Both the position numbers and the translations under genes were made by a program. A stretch of DNA of 40,219 nucleotides from the sequence record SRR31156797_36538; one strand, given 5' to 3'. The notes below the pieces were generated by a model that had not been told where the DNA came from, did not search any database, and worked only from the letters and a program-made list of their open reading frames with translations. Below are positions 19,717 through 32,469 of this stretch, one piece after another; positions within the stretch are counted from its first letter, which is position 1, and each line of letters begins with the position of its first letter.

Positions 19717-21597
19717 ATGACAGAACAATATAATGCTGGAGCCATTGAGGTTCTTAATGGCTTAGAACCAGTGCGTCGCAGACCTGGGATGTACACGGAT
19801 ACCACGCGTCCAAACCATCTTGGGCAAGAAGTTATCGACAACAGTGTCGATGAAGCGTTAGCCGGGCATGCCTCAAAGGTTCAGGTGATTTTACATGCTG
19901 ATCAATCATTAGAAGTGATTGATGACGGCCGTGGTATGCCTGTTGATATTCACCCAGAAGAAAAAATTTCTGGTGTAGAACTGATTTTCTGTAAGCTTCA
20001 CGCCGGTGGTAAGTTCTCCAACAAGAACTACCAGTTCTCTGGTGGTCTGCATGGTGTAGGTATTTCAGTAGTAAACGCGCTTTCAAAGCGTGTTGAAGTT
20101 GTCGTCCGCCGTGATGGGCAAGTGTATGAGATCGCCTTTGAGCATGGTAATAAGGTTTCAGACCTCACTGTGACTGGCACATGTGGTCGCCGCAATCGTG
20201 GTACCAGTGTCCACTTCTGGCCTGATAGCTCTTATTTTGATTTTGCAAACTTCTCTGTATCAAGATTAGTGAATAACCTGCGAGCTAAAGCGGTGCTTTG
20301 TCCAGGTCTAGAAATCATCTTTACCGACAAAGTGAACGACAAAGAGTACCGTTGGCTTTATGAAGATGGTTTGAAAGATTACTTGGTAGAAGGGGTTAAA
20401 GGTTATACCGTTTTGCCAGAAGACCCCTTTACCGGTGAATTTTCCGCTGAAACAGAAGCGGCGACATGGGCGGTGATCTGGCAACCAGAAGGTGGTGAGC
20501 TGATCACCGAAAGCTACGTCAACCTGATCCCTACCGCGCAAGGCGGTACGCACGTCAACGGTTTGCGTCAGGGCCTTCTTGATGCGATGCGCGAATTCTG
20601 TGAATTCCGCAACCTGATTCCACGTGGCGTCAAACTTACTGGTGACGATGTTTTTGACCGCTGTTCGTATGTTTTGTCGATCAAAATGCAAGATCCTCAG
20701 TTTGCAGGACAAACCAAAGAACGTCTGTCTTCCCGTCAAACCGCAGCGTTTGTCTCAGGTGTGGTCAAAGACTCTTTCAGTTTATGGTTAAACGAAAAAC
20801 CTCAACTAGCAGAGCAGTTAGCTGAAGTTTGTATTGCCAATGCGCACCGTCGTATGCGCGCCAATAAAAAAGTGGTGCGTAAGAAAGTTGCTTCAGGCCC
20901 TGCTTTACCGGGCAAATTGACCGACTGTTCTGGTCAGGATACCAGTCGTAGTGAAATTTTCTTCGTCGAGGGTGACTCGGCGGGTGGCAGTGCTAAGCAG
21001 GCCCGAGATCGTGAGTTCCAGGCTGTCATGCCACTGCGCGGTAAAATTCTGAATACTTGGGAGGTTTCTGCTGACCAAGTTCTTGCGTCTCAAGAAGTTC
21101 ATGATATCTCGGTGGCTTTAGGGATTGACCCTGACAGCGATGATTTAAGTGGCCTGCGTTACAACAAAATTTGTATCCTTGCCGATGCGGACTCGGATGG
21201 TCTTCACATCGCAACGCTACTTTGCGCGCTATTCACAAAACACTTCAAAGCGCTTACCGCTGCTGGCCATATCTATGTTGCTATGCCACCTCTTTATCGT
21301 ATCGATTGCGGTAAAGAAGTTTTCTATGCACTAGATGATGCTGAAAAAGATGGCGTACTTGAGCGTCTGAGTAAGAAAAAAGCCAAGATCAACGTACAGC
21401 GATTCAAAGGTCTGGGTGAGATGAACCCACTGCAATTACGAGAAACGACGATGGATCCCAATACTCGTCGTCTAGTGCAGTTAACCATTGACGATACTGA
21501 TGCGACCAATGAGATGATGGACATGCTTCTAGGTAAGAAGCGTGCTGATGATCGTCGTTCGTGGTTGCAGTCCAACGGTGATCTGGCAGAGGTATAA
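19717..21597 (+). CDS. parE: DNA topoisomerase IV subunit B
   Basis: [43 protein letters not shown] and RFKGLGEM motifs. The conventional start is MTEQYNA; an in-frame TTG exists at 19651. Confidence 0.97.
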   Translation: MTEQYNAGAIEVLNGLEPVRRRPGMYTDTTRPNHLGQEVIDNSVDEALAGHASKVQVILHADQSLEVIDDGRGMPVDIHPEEKISGVELIFCKLHAGGKFSNKNYQFSGGLHGVGISVVNALSKRVEVVVRRDGQVYEIAFEHGNKVSDLTVTGTCGRRNRGTSVHFWPDSSYFDFANFSVSRLVNNLRAKAVLCPGLEIIFTDKVNDKEYRWLYEDGLKDYLVEGVKGYTVLPEDPFTGEFSAETEAATWAVIWQPEGGELITESYVNLIPTAQGGTHVNGLRQGLLDAMREFCEFRNLIPRGVKLTGDDVFDRCSYVLSIKMQDPQFAGQTKERLSSRQTAAFVSGVVKDSFSLWLNEKPQLAEQLAEVCIANAHRRMRANKKVVRKKVASGPALPGKLTDCSGQDTSRSEIFFVEGDSAGGSAKQARDREFQAVMPLRGKILNTWEVSADQVLASQEVHDISVALGIDPDSDDLSGLRYNKICILADADSDGLHIATLLCALFTKHFKALTAAGHIYVAMPPLYRIDCGKEVFYALDDAEKDGVLERLSKKKAKINVQRFKGLGEMNPLQLRETTMDPNTRRLVQLTIDDTDATNEMMDMLLGKKRADDRRSWLQSNGDLAEV

Positions 21598-21599
21598 CA

Positions 21600-23873
21600 A
21601 TGACTACTGAAATTAATTACGATGGCGTTGAGCAGTTGCCAATGCGTAAGTTCACGGAAGATGCCTACCTGAACTACTCAATGTACGTCATCATGGACCG
21701 CGCCTTACCTTATATTGGTGATGGCTTAAAGCCGGTTCAGCGTCGTATTATTTATGCAATGTCAGAGCTTGGTCTCTCGGCTGCTGCAAAATATAAAAAA
21801 TCAGCTCGTACTGTTGGTGACGTGTTGGGTAAATACCACCCGCATGGTGACTCTGCGTGTTACGAGGCGATGGTATTGATGGCTCAGCCATTCTCTTATC
21901 GTTACCCGTTGGTTGATGGCCAAGGTAACTGGGGTGCTCCGGACGACCCGAAATCATTTGCTGCAATGCGTTATACCGAAGCAAAACTGTCTAAGTTTGC
22001 GGAAGTATTATTGGGCGAATTAGGTCAGGGTAACGTTGACTGGCAACCTAACTTTGATGGCACAATGAAAGAGCCACAAATGCTACCGGCTCGTCTGCCA
22101 CACATCTTACTGAACGGTGTAACGGGTATCGCGGTTGGTATGGCAACGGATATTCCTCCTCACAACGTACGTGAAATTGCCGATGCAACTATCCATTTGA
22201 TTGATAATCCGAAAGCTGAACTGCCTGATGTGATGCAGTTTGTTAAAGGCCCGGATTATCCAACCGAAGCAGAAATTATTTCGCCTCAGGCTGATTTAGA
22301 GAAAATTTACCGTACAGGTCGAGGTAGCGTTAAATCTCGCGCAATTTGGCATAAAGAAGGTGCTGATATTGTTATTACTGCGCTTCCGCATCAAGTATCA
22401 GGAGCGAAGCTGCTTGAGCAGATCGCCAACCAGATGCGAGCGAAAAAGCTGCCAATGGTTGAAGATTTACGTGATGAATCTGACCATGAAAACCCGACTC
22501 GTATTGTGATTGTTCCACGCTCTAACCGCGTGGATTGTGATCTGTTGATGAGTCACCTGTTTGCTTCAACCGATTTAGAAAAAAGCTTCCGCGTTAACTT
22601 GAACATGATTGGCTTAGACAATCGTCCTCAAGTGAAAGGCCTAGTCCGAATCTTAAGTGAGTGGATTGAGTTCCGTCGAGCAAGCGTTCGCCGCCGTCTT
22701 CAGTTCCGCTTAGATAAAGTATTAGCTCGTCTACACATCTTGGAAGGTTTGTTGGTTGCTTACCTCAACCTTGATGAAGTGATTGAGATCATTCGTACGG
22801 AAGATGATCCGAAAGCTGAGTTGATGGCTCGATTTGGTTTAACTGAGATTCAAGCTGATGCCATTCTGGATACCAGACTTCGTAACTTAGCGAAGCTGGA
22901 AGAGATGAAGATCCGCGGTGAGCAGGACGAACTGGAAAAAGAGCGTAAGAAGCTGGAACAGCTGCTAGGTTCTGAGCAGCGTATGAATACGCTGTTGAAA
23001 AAAGAGATCAAAGCGGATGCTGAAAAGTACGGTGATGATCGTCGTTCTCCATTGGTGGAGCGTGAAGAAGCGAAAGCGTTAACCGAACGTGATTTGATCC
23101 CGAGTGAAGCGATTACCGTTGTTCTGTCTGAAAAAGGTTGGATTCGTCACGCTAAGGGCCATGAAGTTGATGGTGCGAGCTTAAATTACAAAGCGGGTGA
23201 TGCGTATCTCGCGCATGCTTGTGGTAAGAGCAACCAGCAAGCCGTATTCCTTGGCAGTGATGGACGTAGCTATTCATTAGAGTCTCACACATTGCCATCA
23301 GCTCGTGGACAAGGCGAACCAATCACCGGACGTTTAAACATTGCGGAAGGTACAACGGTACGCCAAGTCGTGATGGGTGAAGAAGATCAATTGTGGTTGG
23401 TCGGCTCTGATGCGGGTTACGGCTTCGTATGTAAAGGCTCTGATCTGCTGTCGAAGAACCGCAGCGGTAAAGCTCTAGTAAACTTACCAGAAAACGCTGA
23501 GGTAATGACACCACAGGCGGTGAGTAACTTGGAGAATGATGAGATCCTGACCATTACTAATCTAGGTCGGATGTTGTTGTTCCCAATTAAAGATCTGCCG
23601 CAGCTAAGTAAAGGTAAGGGTAACAAGATCATCAATATTCCAGCGGCTAAGTCTAAAGCGCGCGAAGAATTTGTGTCTCATCTTATCGCTTTACCTAGCG
23701 GAGCATCGGTAACACTCTATGCTGGCAAGCGTAAACTCGGTCTTAAGCCAACTGACTTGGAAAACTTCCGTGGTGAACGTGGTCGCCGAGGTGGTTTGCT
23801 TCCAAGAGGTTTGCAGCGAGTGACTGAAATAGAAATTGAAGCCGTAGCCACGAGCGATGATTCAGACCAGTAA
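21600..23873 (+). CDS. parC: DNA topoisomerase IV subunit A
   Basis: [20 protein letters not shown] (wild-type Ser QRDR) and catalytic AAMRYTE. Confidence 0.97.
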   Translation: MTTEINYDGVEQLPMRKFTEDAYLNYSMYVIMDRALPYIGDGLKPVQRRIIYAMSELGLSAAAKYKKSARTVGDVLGKYHPHGDSACYEAMVLMAQPFSYRYPLVDGQGNWGAPDDPKSFAAMRYTEAKLSKFAEVLLGELGQGNVDWQPNFDGTMKEPQMLPARLPHILLNGVTGIAVGMATDIPPHNVREIADATIHLIDNPKAELPDVMQFVKGPDYPTEAEIISPQADLEKIYRTGRGSVKSRAIWHKEGADIVITALPHQVSGAKLLEQIANQMRAKKLPMVEDLRDESDHENPTRIVIVPRSNRVDCDLLMSHLFASTDLEKSFRVNLNMIGLDNRPQVKGLVRILSEWIEFRRASVRRRLQFRLDKVLARLHILEGLLVAYLNLDEVIEIIRTEDDPKAELMARFGLTEIQADAILDTRLRNLAKLEEMKIRGEQDELEKERKKLEQLLGSEQRMNTLLKKEIKADAEKYGDDRRSPLVEREEAKALTERDLIPSEAITVVLSEKGWIRHAKGHEVDGASLNYKAGDAYLAHACGKSNQQAVFLGSDGRSYSLESHTLPSARGQGEPITGRLNIAEGTTVRQVVMGEEDQLWLVGSDAGYGFVCKGSDLLSKNRSGKALVNLPENAEVMTPQAVSNLENDEILTITNLGRMLLFPIKDLPQLSKGKGNKIINIPAAKSKAREEFVSHLIALPSGASVTLYAGKRKLGLKPTDLENFRGERGRRGGLLPRGLQRVTEIEIEAVATSDDSDQ

Positions 23874-23884
23874 TTCTTGTTGAT

Positions 23885-23917
23885 AAAAAATGCCCCGAAC
23901 ATTCGGGGCATTTTTTT
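23885..23917. terminator. Bidirectional terminator between parC and yacG
   Basis: AAAAAATGCCCCGAA-CA-TTCGGGGCATTTTTTT. Confidence 0.88.
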
Positions 23918-23956
23918 ATTCGTCATAGTCTCTTAGCGAAAAACAAGCCGAAACTA

Positions 23957-24160
23957 CTATCCGTTATAGTCTTCTGACCAACCGTCAGAATCTGACATAT
24001 CCGGTGCGCCAGCGATGGCATTCTCTTCATCTGCCCACTCACCAAAATCAATCATTTGGCATTTTTTACTGCAGAACGGGCGGTGAGGGCTTTTTTCATT
24101 CCAGACAACATCTTGTTTGCACTGCGGACATTTCACCACTGTAGGTTTTTTAGACGGCAT
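23957..24160 (-). CDS. yacG: DNA gyrase inhibitor YacG
   Basis: CPQC...RPFCSKKC zinc finger, IDFGEWADE; follows zapD. Confidence 0.95.
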   Translation of the reverse strand: MPSKKPTVVKCPQCKQDVVWNEKSPHRPFCSKKCQMIDFGEWADEENAIAGAPDMSDSDGWSEDYNG

Positions 24161-24212
24161 GAGTATTTCCTATAAATGATGGGGTAGTGCACAAAGAGCT
24201 AAGGCGAATACC

Positions 24213-24953
24213 TTAGCAACACACAGCTAAATCAAAGGGTATATCTTCTGAGCTGGCTTGCCCAGATTTAAAGTCGATAAATTTAATCGCGAAACGATTC
24301 TTATGACCAGATATCATTGGGTATACGCCACTTTCCAGTGGGATTGATAGACGCAGGATATTCGCGCCTTCAGCATCACTTTGGTAAAAACCAGAATGGG
24401 CTATTTGCGGTTTAAATGCTCCTGTTTCACGGGTCAGTTTAAGCCACAGGCTGAGCGAATCAGAAAGGGGTTTCAGTGTGCTCATCCACTGCTGTGCATC
24501 TTGAGACTTTTTCTCAGGTGATAAATGTAGCCAGTAGTGTAGAGCAGGTAAATCAAAGCAACATGACCCGCCTGGTAGGTTGAAACGTTGGCGAATGGTC
24601 GATAGAAAACGATCTTCTTTCAGTGACTGACCAAAGCGGTCTGCTGCCATTAAGTTGCGATGAACGTCGTCAATATCAGCAAGTAACGAGGTCAACATGT
24701 TGTGATCGACGCCTTCAACGTTCAACCAACTGCGGTAAGTCAGTCGCTGCTTTTCGATATCTTTGGCCAGTTCACTCTTTAATTGGATCTGTTCAAAAAT
24801 TTCTAACAGATCAAACAGCGAGCGAAAGAATAATTGGTGTTGAATACTATCGGCGAACTGGGCTGCTTTTTCCATTTGATGCAACAAAGCCTCAACACGT
24901 AAATAAATACGCGTTTTTTCGTTGAGGGGATGTTCAAACTTGTGTGTGGTCAT
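24213..24953 (-). CDS. zapD: Cell division protein ZapD
   Basis: [32 protein letters not shown] and YPMISGHK motifs. Confidence 0.95.
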   Translation of the reverse strand: MTTHKFEHPLNEKTRIYLRVEALLHQMEKAAQFADSIQHQLFFRSLFDLLEIFEQIQLKSELAKDIEKQRLTYRSWLNVEGVDHNMLTSLLADIDDVHRNLMAADRFGQSLKEDRFLSTIRQRFNLPGGSCCFDLPALHYWLHLSPEKKSQDAQQWMSTLKPLSDSLSLWLKLTRETGAFKPQIAHSGFYQSDAEGANILRLSIPLESGVYPMISGHKNRFAIKFIDFKSGQASSEDIPFDLAVCC

Positions 24954-24984
24954 CAGCGTTGCCTTACATTCTTTCGGTTTATTC

Positions 24985-25593
24985 TCACAGATTTGTACCG
25001 CTTATGGCTAGGTACTTTTTGTGTAATTCTGTGATTTGAGGCAAAAGTCTCTGGTTTTGCGTATTATTTACAATCACATCGTCAGCAATGGCTAAACGTT
25101 GGGTTCGGCTGGCTTGCGAAGCCAAAATGGCTGCTGCTTGTTGTGGGGAGACATCATCTCTTTCAACGGTTCTTTTAATTTGTGTCTCTTCATCCACATC
25201 GACAACCAATACACGGTCAGCCATATGCTGGAGATTGTTTTCAGTCAACAATGGAACAACAAGTAACGCATAAGGTGAGACGACTTGTTTAAGCTCTTGT
25301 TCCATTTTTTTGCGGATCATCGGGTGAAGTAGCTGGTTAACCCAGGATTTTTCTTCGTCATTAGCAAAGATACGCTGACGAAGTTCACTGCGGTTAAGCT
25401 CACCTTGTTCCGTTAATATTGAAGCACCAAAATGTTGCTCGATGGCTTTTAAGCCTTCACTGCCTTTTTCAACGACTTGGCGAGCGATGATATCTGCATC
25501 CACAATATCAATGTCGAAATGATCTCTGAATAGGTTTGCGACGGTCGTTTTTCCGCTGGCAATGCCGCCCGTTAATCCGATAACTAATGCCAA
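24985..25593 (-). CDS. coaE: Dephospho-CoA kinase
   Basis: [14 protein letters not shown]-loop, DADIIAR, HPMIR; TTG start. Confidence 0.95.
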   Translation of the reverse strand: MALVIGLTGGIASGKTTVANLFRDHFDIDIVDADIIARQVVEKGSEGLKAIEQHFGASILTEQGELNRSELRQRIFANDEEKSWVNQLLHPMIRKKMEQELKQVVSPYALLVVPLLTENNLQHMADRVLVVDVDEETQIKRTVERDDVSPQQAAAILASQASRTQRLAIADDVIVNNTQNQRLLPQITELHKKYLAISGTNL

Positions 25594-25596
25594 TGC

Positions 25597-26478
25597 TTAA
25601 ATTCCTAGAATATAAGAGTAGTAACTATTGATGATGTCATTTCCCCACAGCAGAGCCAACCAGCCCGCAATGGCAAGGTAAGGTCCGAACGGAAATGCTT
25701 TATCAATTCCTTGTCTTTTCAAGCGTAGTTGAATGATGCCGAATACTAAGCCAACTAATGACGAAAGCAGAATGATTAGAGGCAATAGTTGCCAACCTAA
25801 CCAAGCGCCTAAAGCGGCCAGCAACTTAAAATCACCATAGCCCATGCCTTCTTTACCGGTTGTTAGCTTAAATGCCCAATATACCGACCATAGAGCTAGA
25901 TAGCCTGCGATGGCACCGACAACCGAGTCTTGTAAGCTAACAGGACTAATATCAAAGAGTGACAGAGAAATACCAGCCCACAGTAAAGGGAGAGTTAACT
26001 GATCCGGAAGTAGCATGGTATCCAAATCGATAAAAGTGGCTGCAATCAGTACAAAACTGAAAAATAGCAATGCAATGGTAAACCAGCCAAAACCAAAATG
26101 CTGAGCAACAAGGAAGCTGACCACTGTCGTTAGTAATTCGATTAGAGGATAACGTGGACTGATGGCTGTTTTACAATGTGCGCATTTGCCGCGTAGGAAT
26201 AACCAACTGATAACTGGAATGTTTTCAACGATCCTTAGCGGGGTTTTACAGCTTGGGCATGTTGAGCGTGGAAAGCTTAAGGTCAACTTCCCTTCTGGTG
26301 GCTGAATGTTGGCGTCAGGAAAATACTCGGCACACTCTTGCTGCCATTCGCGTTCCATTATTTTGGGAAGACGATAAATGACGACATTCAAGAAACTGCC
26401 GACAATTAAGCCGAAAAGAGCGGCAGATGCGATGAAAAGCCAAGGATAGTACTCAAAAATTTCTGTTATTTGGTTCAT
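25597..26478 (-). CDS. pilD: Prepilin peptidase/N-methyltransferase
   Basis: [20 protein letters not shown], catalytic FIDLD and GYGDFKL, PFGPYL. Confidence 0.96.
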   Translation of the reverse strand: MNQITEIFEYYPWLFIASAALFGLIVGSFLNVVIYRLPKIMEREWQQECAEYFPDANIQPPEGKLTLSFPRSTCPSCKTPLRIVENIPVISWLFLRGKCAHCKTAISPRYPLIELLTTVVSFLVAQHFGFGWFTIALLFFSFVLIAATFIDLDTMLLPDQLTLPLLWAGISLSLFDISPVSLQDSVVGAIAGYLALWSVYWAFKLTTGKEGMGYGDFKLLAALGAWLGWQLLPLIILLSSLVGLVFGIIQLRLKRQGIDKAFPFGPYLAIAGWLALLWGNDIINSYYSYILGI

Positions 26479-26576
26479 TTGCCACTTACTTGAATTAGGT
26501 GTTTCGTATTATCAACATCCAACAGGGTGGAGTGATTACAACGGTATTCCTAAACGTCTTAGGTTAGTTGAGTATC

Positions 26577-27803
26577 TTACCCCAACACACTCATTAAGTT
26601 AAAGATTGGCAGGTACATAGCGATAACTAATCCACCAATAATGACACCGAGCAGTACAATAATCAGAGGTTCGAGTATTTTACCTAGGTTATCGACGGTG
26701 TTATCCACTTCAAACTCATAGATAGTCGCTATTTTATTCAGCATCTCATCCAGCTTTCCAGATTCCTCACCAATCATCACCATTTGCAATACCATTTCCG
26801 GAAAGGCTTCAGTATTGCGCATCGCAATATACATCGGCATACCTGAGGCGGTATCTCGATGCACATGGTTTAACGCATGTTCAAAATAGGCGTTTCCGGC
26901 CGTTTTTGCCGTGGCTGTTAAACTGGACAGTATCGGAATACCGGCACTAAAACTGGTCGCAAGTGTTCGGCTGAACTTAGCAATGGATGCTTTCATAATG
27001 ATTGAGCCAATAACAGGTGTTTTAAGTCCAATTCGACTCGTTTTAAGTTTAATTCGCCCTGACTTTTTGCGTGCGGTTTTAAATATCAGTAAAGCCATAA
27101 CTAAGGTAATAAGCAGCGCTAAACTGTATGACCGGACCCAACCAGAAAGTGTTAATACTTGTTGAGTAAACCAGGGTAGCTCAGCACCGAAGCCGTTAAA
27201 CATGGTTTCAAATTCGGGAATGACCATGGTAAGCATTAAGTAACTGACTGCCAATGCAACGATGACGACCATAGCAGGGTAGATAAGGGCTTTAATGACT
27301 TTGGATCTTAGTTGTTCACTTTTTTCTCTGTATGTCGCAAGACGCTCAAAGACTTGAGATAAGTTTCCAGACTGCTCTCCTGTGTGGATCAAATCCACGT
27401 ATAGCGTATCAAAATGGGCACTGGCATTGCTCATCGCGCTAGAGATAGGTGTTCCTGCTTCTACGCCTTTTGAAATTTGAGTCAATATCGATTTCATTTC
27501 GGCTTTCTTGTGATTATCACTGACGAGCTTGAGGGCTTGAAGGATAGGAACACCCGCGGTGAGCATCGTTGAAAGCTGGCGAGTTAATAGGGTGATATCT
27601 TTACTTTGAACTCGGTGGAGCAAGCGAGTGAAGAGAGAAAGATGACGGCGACTGATTTTGCTAACTTTGATGTGCTGAGCACTAAGTTTAGTTCTAACTT
27701 CGCTCTCTCTGATAGCCAACATTTGCCCAGATACCTTTTTACCTAAGCTATTTTGGCCTTTCCAACGAAAGTTACTCAGTTGAGGTGTGGGTTTGTTTTT
27801 CAT
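26577..27803 (-). CDS. pilC: Type IV pilus platform protein PilC
   Basis: [30 protein letters not shown] and AMYLPIF GspF-family motifs. Confidence 0.95.
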   Translation of the reverse strand: MKNKPTPQLSNFRWKGQNSLGKKVSGQMLAIRESEVRTKLSAQHIKVSKISRRHLSLFTRLLHRVQSKDITLLTRQLSTMLTAGVPILQALKLVSDNHKKAEMKSILTQISKGVEAGTPISSAMSNASAHFDTLYVDLIHTGEQSGNLSQVFERLATYREKSEQLRSKVIKALIYPAMVVIVALAVSYLMLTMVIPEFETMFNGFGAELPWFTQQVLTLSGWVRSYSLALLITLVMALLIFKTARKKSGRIKLKTSRIGLKTPVIGSIIMKASIAKFSRTLATSFSAGIPILSSLTATAKTAGNAYFEHALNHVHRDTASGMPMYIAMRNTEAFPEMVLQMVMIGEESGKLDEMLNKIATIYEFEVDNTVDNLGKILEPLIIVLLGVIIGGLVIAMYLPIFNLMSVLG

Positions 27804-27833
27804 ATCGATACCTACATGGACACCTGCGCAAGA

Positions 27834-29522
27834 CTAAAAATAGAGAACGCGTTGCAGTTCAGCGATGCTAGTCACCCCTTGTTTAAGCTTTTGAATACCA
27901 GACTCAGCTAGCGTGACCATTCCATTCGAGACAGCAATAGCTTCGATTTGAGACACGCTCGCGTTATTCATAATGGCAGCCGAGAGTTGCTCATCAAAGG
28001 TCATCACTTCATAGATACCCGTTCGTCCAGAATACCCGCCGTTGCACTCATTGCATCCCGATTGGCTGGATTCATAGATGACATCATGTGCCGTTAGACT
28101 GAATTGTTTCTGTAATGTCAGTGATGGGTGGGTGGCAGTTTTACAGTGATAGCAAAGCCGTCGGGCGAGCCGTTGGGCAACGATCAAACTCAAGGAAGAG
28201 GCGAGGTTAAAGGACGCAACGCCCATATTGGCCAAACGTATGACGGTTTCAGACGCAGAGTTTGTATGCAGAGTAGACAGTACTAGGTGACCAGTTTGCG
28301 CTGCTTTTACCGCCATTTCCGCTGTTTCTAAATCACGGATCTCACCGACCATCACTACATCAGGATCCTGACGAAGAAAAGAACGCAAAGCGTCTGCAAA
28401 CCCAAAGCCAATTTTAGGGTGCACCTGAACCTGATTGATACCGGACAGGTTTATTTCAACCGGATCTTCTGCGGTGGAAATATTGACCTCTTCGGTGTTT
28501 AAAAGACGTAAGCCAGTATAAAGCGAGACGGTTTTCCCGCTGCCCGTTGGCCCCGTCATTAGAATCATTCCCTGCGGTTTTTTGAGAGCATCCAAGTATT
28601 GCTGTTTCTGATGGTCGTTGTAGCCAAGTGTGTCGATATTCAGGTTGGAGAGATCGCTATCTAGCAGCCGTAATACGATCTTTTCTCCCCATAAGGTCGG
28701 TAATGTTGATACACGAATATCAACCGCGGTTTCGAGATTTAAGCGCAGTTTGATTCGTCCGTCTTGAGGAAGGCGGCGCTCCGCAATATCAAGTTTGGCT
28801 AGGATTTTTATCCGAGCAGCTAATCGGCGACTCAGTTGGTTGGCCGGATGATGAGTTGCAACCAGAATGCCGTCACAACGCAGACGGATACGATAGAAAT
28901 CTTCATAAGGTTCGAAATGAATATCTGAAGCACCTTTACGTACAGCATCAAGTAATACTTGATTGATGAAGCGGCTCACTGGCGATTCGTCTTGGCTTAG
29001 ATCTTCGCTTGATTGAATCTCATCATCAGACAACTCAACCAAGTTCGCCAGTTCATCTTGGCTGATGTCTTTGTTCCGAGGTGTTTGTTGATCAATGCTT
29101 TTGCCATATAGGCGACGAATGGCGGCTTTCAATGAATGATGTTCGGCCAGTACCAGCTCAATATTTTGCCCAGTGGTAAAGCGAAACTCATCGGCAATGT
29201 TCGGATGAGTTGGGTCGGAAACCGCGATGAGAATTTGGTTATGTTGATGTTCAATTGGCAGAGCGTTAAAACGCGTGATCAATTCACGTAGCCCGAGCTG
29301 CTGGCATAATAATGTGTATGAAAATTGGTTTAAGTCAGTAATCGGCATACCGAGTCGCTGGCTTAAGTACTGGGCCAAATCGTAAGGTTGAACAATACCT
29401 AAGTGACTTAAAGCTTCCGGCACATTAGTTCCAGAAACTTCAATATGGTTAATGACCGTTTGCGCTTGTTCTGGGCAGAGAATGCCAGACTCTCGCAACA
29501 GGCTAATTAGAGGGGTTACCAT
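27834..29522 (-). CDS. pilB: Type IV-A pilus extension ATPase PilB
   Basis: ASDIHFEP, GPTGSGKT, LRQDPDVVMVGEIRD, TGHLVLSTLH, CYHC/CNEC, GRTGIYEV. Confidence 0.96.
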   Translation of the reverse strand: MVTPLISLLRESGILCPEQAQTVINHIEVSGTNVPEALSHLGIVQPYDLAQYLSQRLGMPITDLNQFSYTLLCQQLGLRELITRFNALPIEHQHNQILIAVSDPTHPNIADEFRFTTGQNIELVLAEHHSLKAAIRRLYGKSIDQQTPRNKDISQDELANLVELSDDEIQSSEDLSQDESPVSRFINQVLLDAVRKGASDIHFEPYEDFYRIRLRCDGILVATHHPANQLSRRLAARIKILAKLDIAERRLPQDGRIKLRLNLETAVDIRVSTLPTLWGEKIVLRLLDSDLSNLNIDTLGYNDHQKQQYLDALKKPQGMILMTGPTGSGKTVSLYTGLRLLNTEEVNISTAEDPVEINLSGINQVQVHPKIGFGFADALRSFLRQDPDVVMVGEIRDLETAEMAVKAAQTGHLVLSTLHTNSASETVIRLANMGVASFNLASSLSLIVAQRLARRLCYHCKTATHPSLTLQKQFSLTAHDVIYESSQSGCNECNGGYSGRTGIYEVMTFDEQLSAAIMNNASVSQIEAIAVSNGMVTLAESGIQKLKQGVTSIAELQRVLYF

Positions 29523-29949
29523 TAACTTGTTTTAACGCAGAACAGCCTTTAAGTTTTTGGTCTGTATTATGGATACACGACCAACCTGATGCAGAGCGAG
29601 TAAAGGTAATGATTTTGTCTTTAAGGGCTGCTGACTCTCCAAGGGTGAATAAGAGTTTTCCGCTTTCGCCACTGATGCTATCGAATGAAAGAGCACCCAA
29701 TGCGCTCATACCACCAGAGGCTCCTACATCGGTTAAATTATTCGGAAAGCGCGAGTTCTCCTGAATATAGAGATCGATGTTGGTTAATAGAGAGCGTGGA
29801 ACACTGACCGCTGTGTTGGCTTCGGTTTTTAACAGGTAGCTTTTGTAAGCCGGAACGGCAATCGCGCTAAGAACCCCAATAATGCCCACGACAATCATCA
29901 GTTCAATCAGAGTAAAACCTTGCTGCTTCTTGGTTGGTATTCTTTTCAT
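29503..29949 (-). CDS. pilA: Type IV-A major pilin (competence/chitin-regulated pilus locus)
   Basis: Class III signal QQG|FTLIELMIVV and C-terminal Cys pair; first gene of pilABCD, next to nadC. Confidence 0.93.
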   Translation of the reverse strand: MKRIPTKKQQGFTLIELMIVVGIIGVLSAIAVPAYKSYLLKTEANTAVSVPRSLLTNIDLYIQENSRFPNNLTDVGASGGMSALGALSFDSISGESGKLLFTLGESAALKDKIITFTRSASGWSCIHNTDQKLKGCSALKQVNGNPSN

Positions 29950-30132
29950 TGGCTGTCTCCGGTTTTCAACTACTTAGAAGACGATATGTGTTTGGTTTAG
30001 TTTTGAAAATGATGAAAGAAAAGCAGCGCGAGTGAGGAGGGGGAATTTTTGGAACTTGATTAATGCTGAGTATGAGTTAGCTCGACCAGCTTCTCAGTTG
30101 AGTTTGAGGTTTCTCTGGGGGTAGAAATGAGA

Positions 30133-30152
30133 AAACCCGCCGAAGCGGGTTT
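30133..30152 (-). terminator. nadC terminator
   Basis: The - strand reads AAACCCGC-TTCG-GCGGGTTT followed by TCTCATTT. Confidence 0.8.
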
Positions 30153-30172
30153 AGATAATTTTGCGAGTTTGC

Positions 30173-31168
<996 letters not shown>

Positions 31169-31217
31169 TTATATACTCAAGTCACTTGAGTATAAGTCAG
31201 GGAAACTAAGGTTTTAT

Positions 31218-31763
31218 ATGATTGATAGCCAGGGCTGGTATCAGACTGCACGTAAAGTGCCGTCACCCTATTTTGATCAGCGAAGCGATGTTCAGGATAT
31301 CTCACTGCTGGTGGTACATAATATAAGTCTGCCGCCGGGTGAGTTTGGTGGAAACTATATTGAGCAATTTTTTACCGGTAAGTTGAATCCGGATGAGCAT
31401 CCATTTTTCAAAGTGATTCATAAGATGGGCGTTTCAGCGCACTGTCTGATTCGTCGAGACGGTGAGGTGGTACAGTTTGTACCGTTTACAGCCAGAGCAT
31501 GGCATGCTGGGCAATCTTCATTTGCTGGCAGGGCGAGCTGTAATGATTATTCGGTAGGCATCGAGTTAGAAGGGACGGATTTTGTTGCTTACACCGAAGC
31601 ACAATATCAAGCACTCGCCACATTAAGTCAGCAGCTTATGCAAACATACCCGCAAATTACAGCTCCAAGAATCACGGGGCATCAGTATATTGCCCCGATA
31701 CGTAAAACGGACCCCGGTTTGGCTTTTGATTGGGGTAAATATCGTCGCTTGTTGCGAGATTAG
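31218..31763 (+). CDS. ampD: 1,6-anhydro-N-acetylmuramyl-L-alanine amidase
   Basis: HNISLPPG, VSAH, RAWHAG, SVGIELEG and RKTDPG motifs; divergent from nadC; start set to MIDSQG. Confidence 0.95.
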   Translation: MIDSQGWYQTARKVPSPYFDQRSDVQDISLLVVHNISLPPGEFGGNYIEQFFTGKLNPDEHPFFKVIHKMGVSAHCLIRRDGEVVQFVPFTARAWHAGQSSFAGRASCNDYSVGIELEGTDFVAYTEAQYQALATLSQQLMQTYPQITAPRITGHQYIAPIRKTDPGLAFDWGKYRRLLRD

Positions 31764-31769
31764 TCGGGA

Positions 31770-32288
31770 TTAAAGAGACTCTTGGTACTCTACCAGAACT
31801 TGTTCCACCCAGGTGGCAATGCGCTCGTCGCTGAGTTCATACTGAGAGTCTTCATCCAGTGCTAGGCCTACAAACTGCGTACCATCTTCGGTTAGCGCTT
31901 TTGATGCTTCAAATTCGTAACCTTCATTTGGCCAGTAACCAATAATCTTAGCTCCGGTCTTCTTGATCTCGTCGTGAAGTAACCCCATCGCGTCCAGATA
32001 CCATTCCCCATAGCCTTCTTGATCGCCTAAGCCGTATAATGCGACGGACTTGCCGTTTAGCGGTACGCCATCGATTTGATCCCATAATTCATTCCAGTCC
32101 TCTTGGATTTCGCCAAAGTCCCACGTCGAAATGCCCAGTATTAACAGGTCATATTCACTCATTAAACTTAGCGGAGTCTCTTTCACATTGTGAATATCCA
32201 GCAGATCTTCACCGATGATAGCGCGCATTTTTTCTGCCGCCATCTCCGTGTAACAGGTGGTTGAGCCGTAAAATAGACCAATCTTCAT
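31770..32288 (-). CDS. fldB: Flavodoxin 2
   Basis: [31 protein letters not shown]; divergent from xerD. Confidence 0.95.
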   Translation of the reverse strand: MKIGLFYGSTTCYTEMAAEKMRAIIGEDLLDIHNVKETPLSLMSEYDLLILGISTWDFGEIQEDWNELWDQIDGVPLNGKSVALYGLGDQEGYGEWYLDAMGLLHDEIKKTGAKIIGYWPNEGYEFEASKALTEDGTQFVGLALDEDSQYELSDERIATWVEQVLVEYQESL

Positions 32289-32469
32289 ACGTATTTTAGT
32301 TCTTTGTTTCTCTGGAATGGTGAATTCTAAACATAAAACCGCCAAGAGTGCAGCGATTATCCTACCTGTGCGTTATTTTTATGGCATATCGACTTCATAT
32401 TTCGTAGCCTAAGTAGCTAATTGCTATATCGTTGTCATTTTTGAGAGTGATTAAGAATAAGAGGGAAGC

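Noticed and set aside
29950-30172. CRP-S (TGCGA-N6-TCGCA) competence site upstream of pilA
   Set aside because: Only a lone TGCGA half-site near 30162 is present; no full site is visible.
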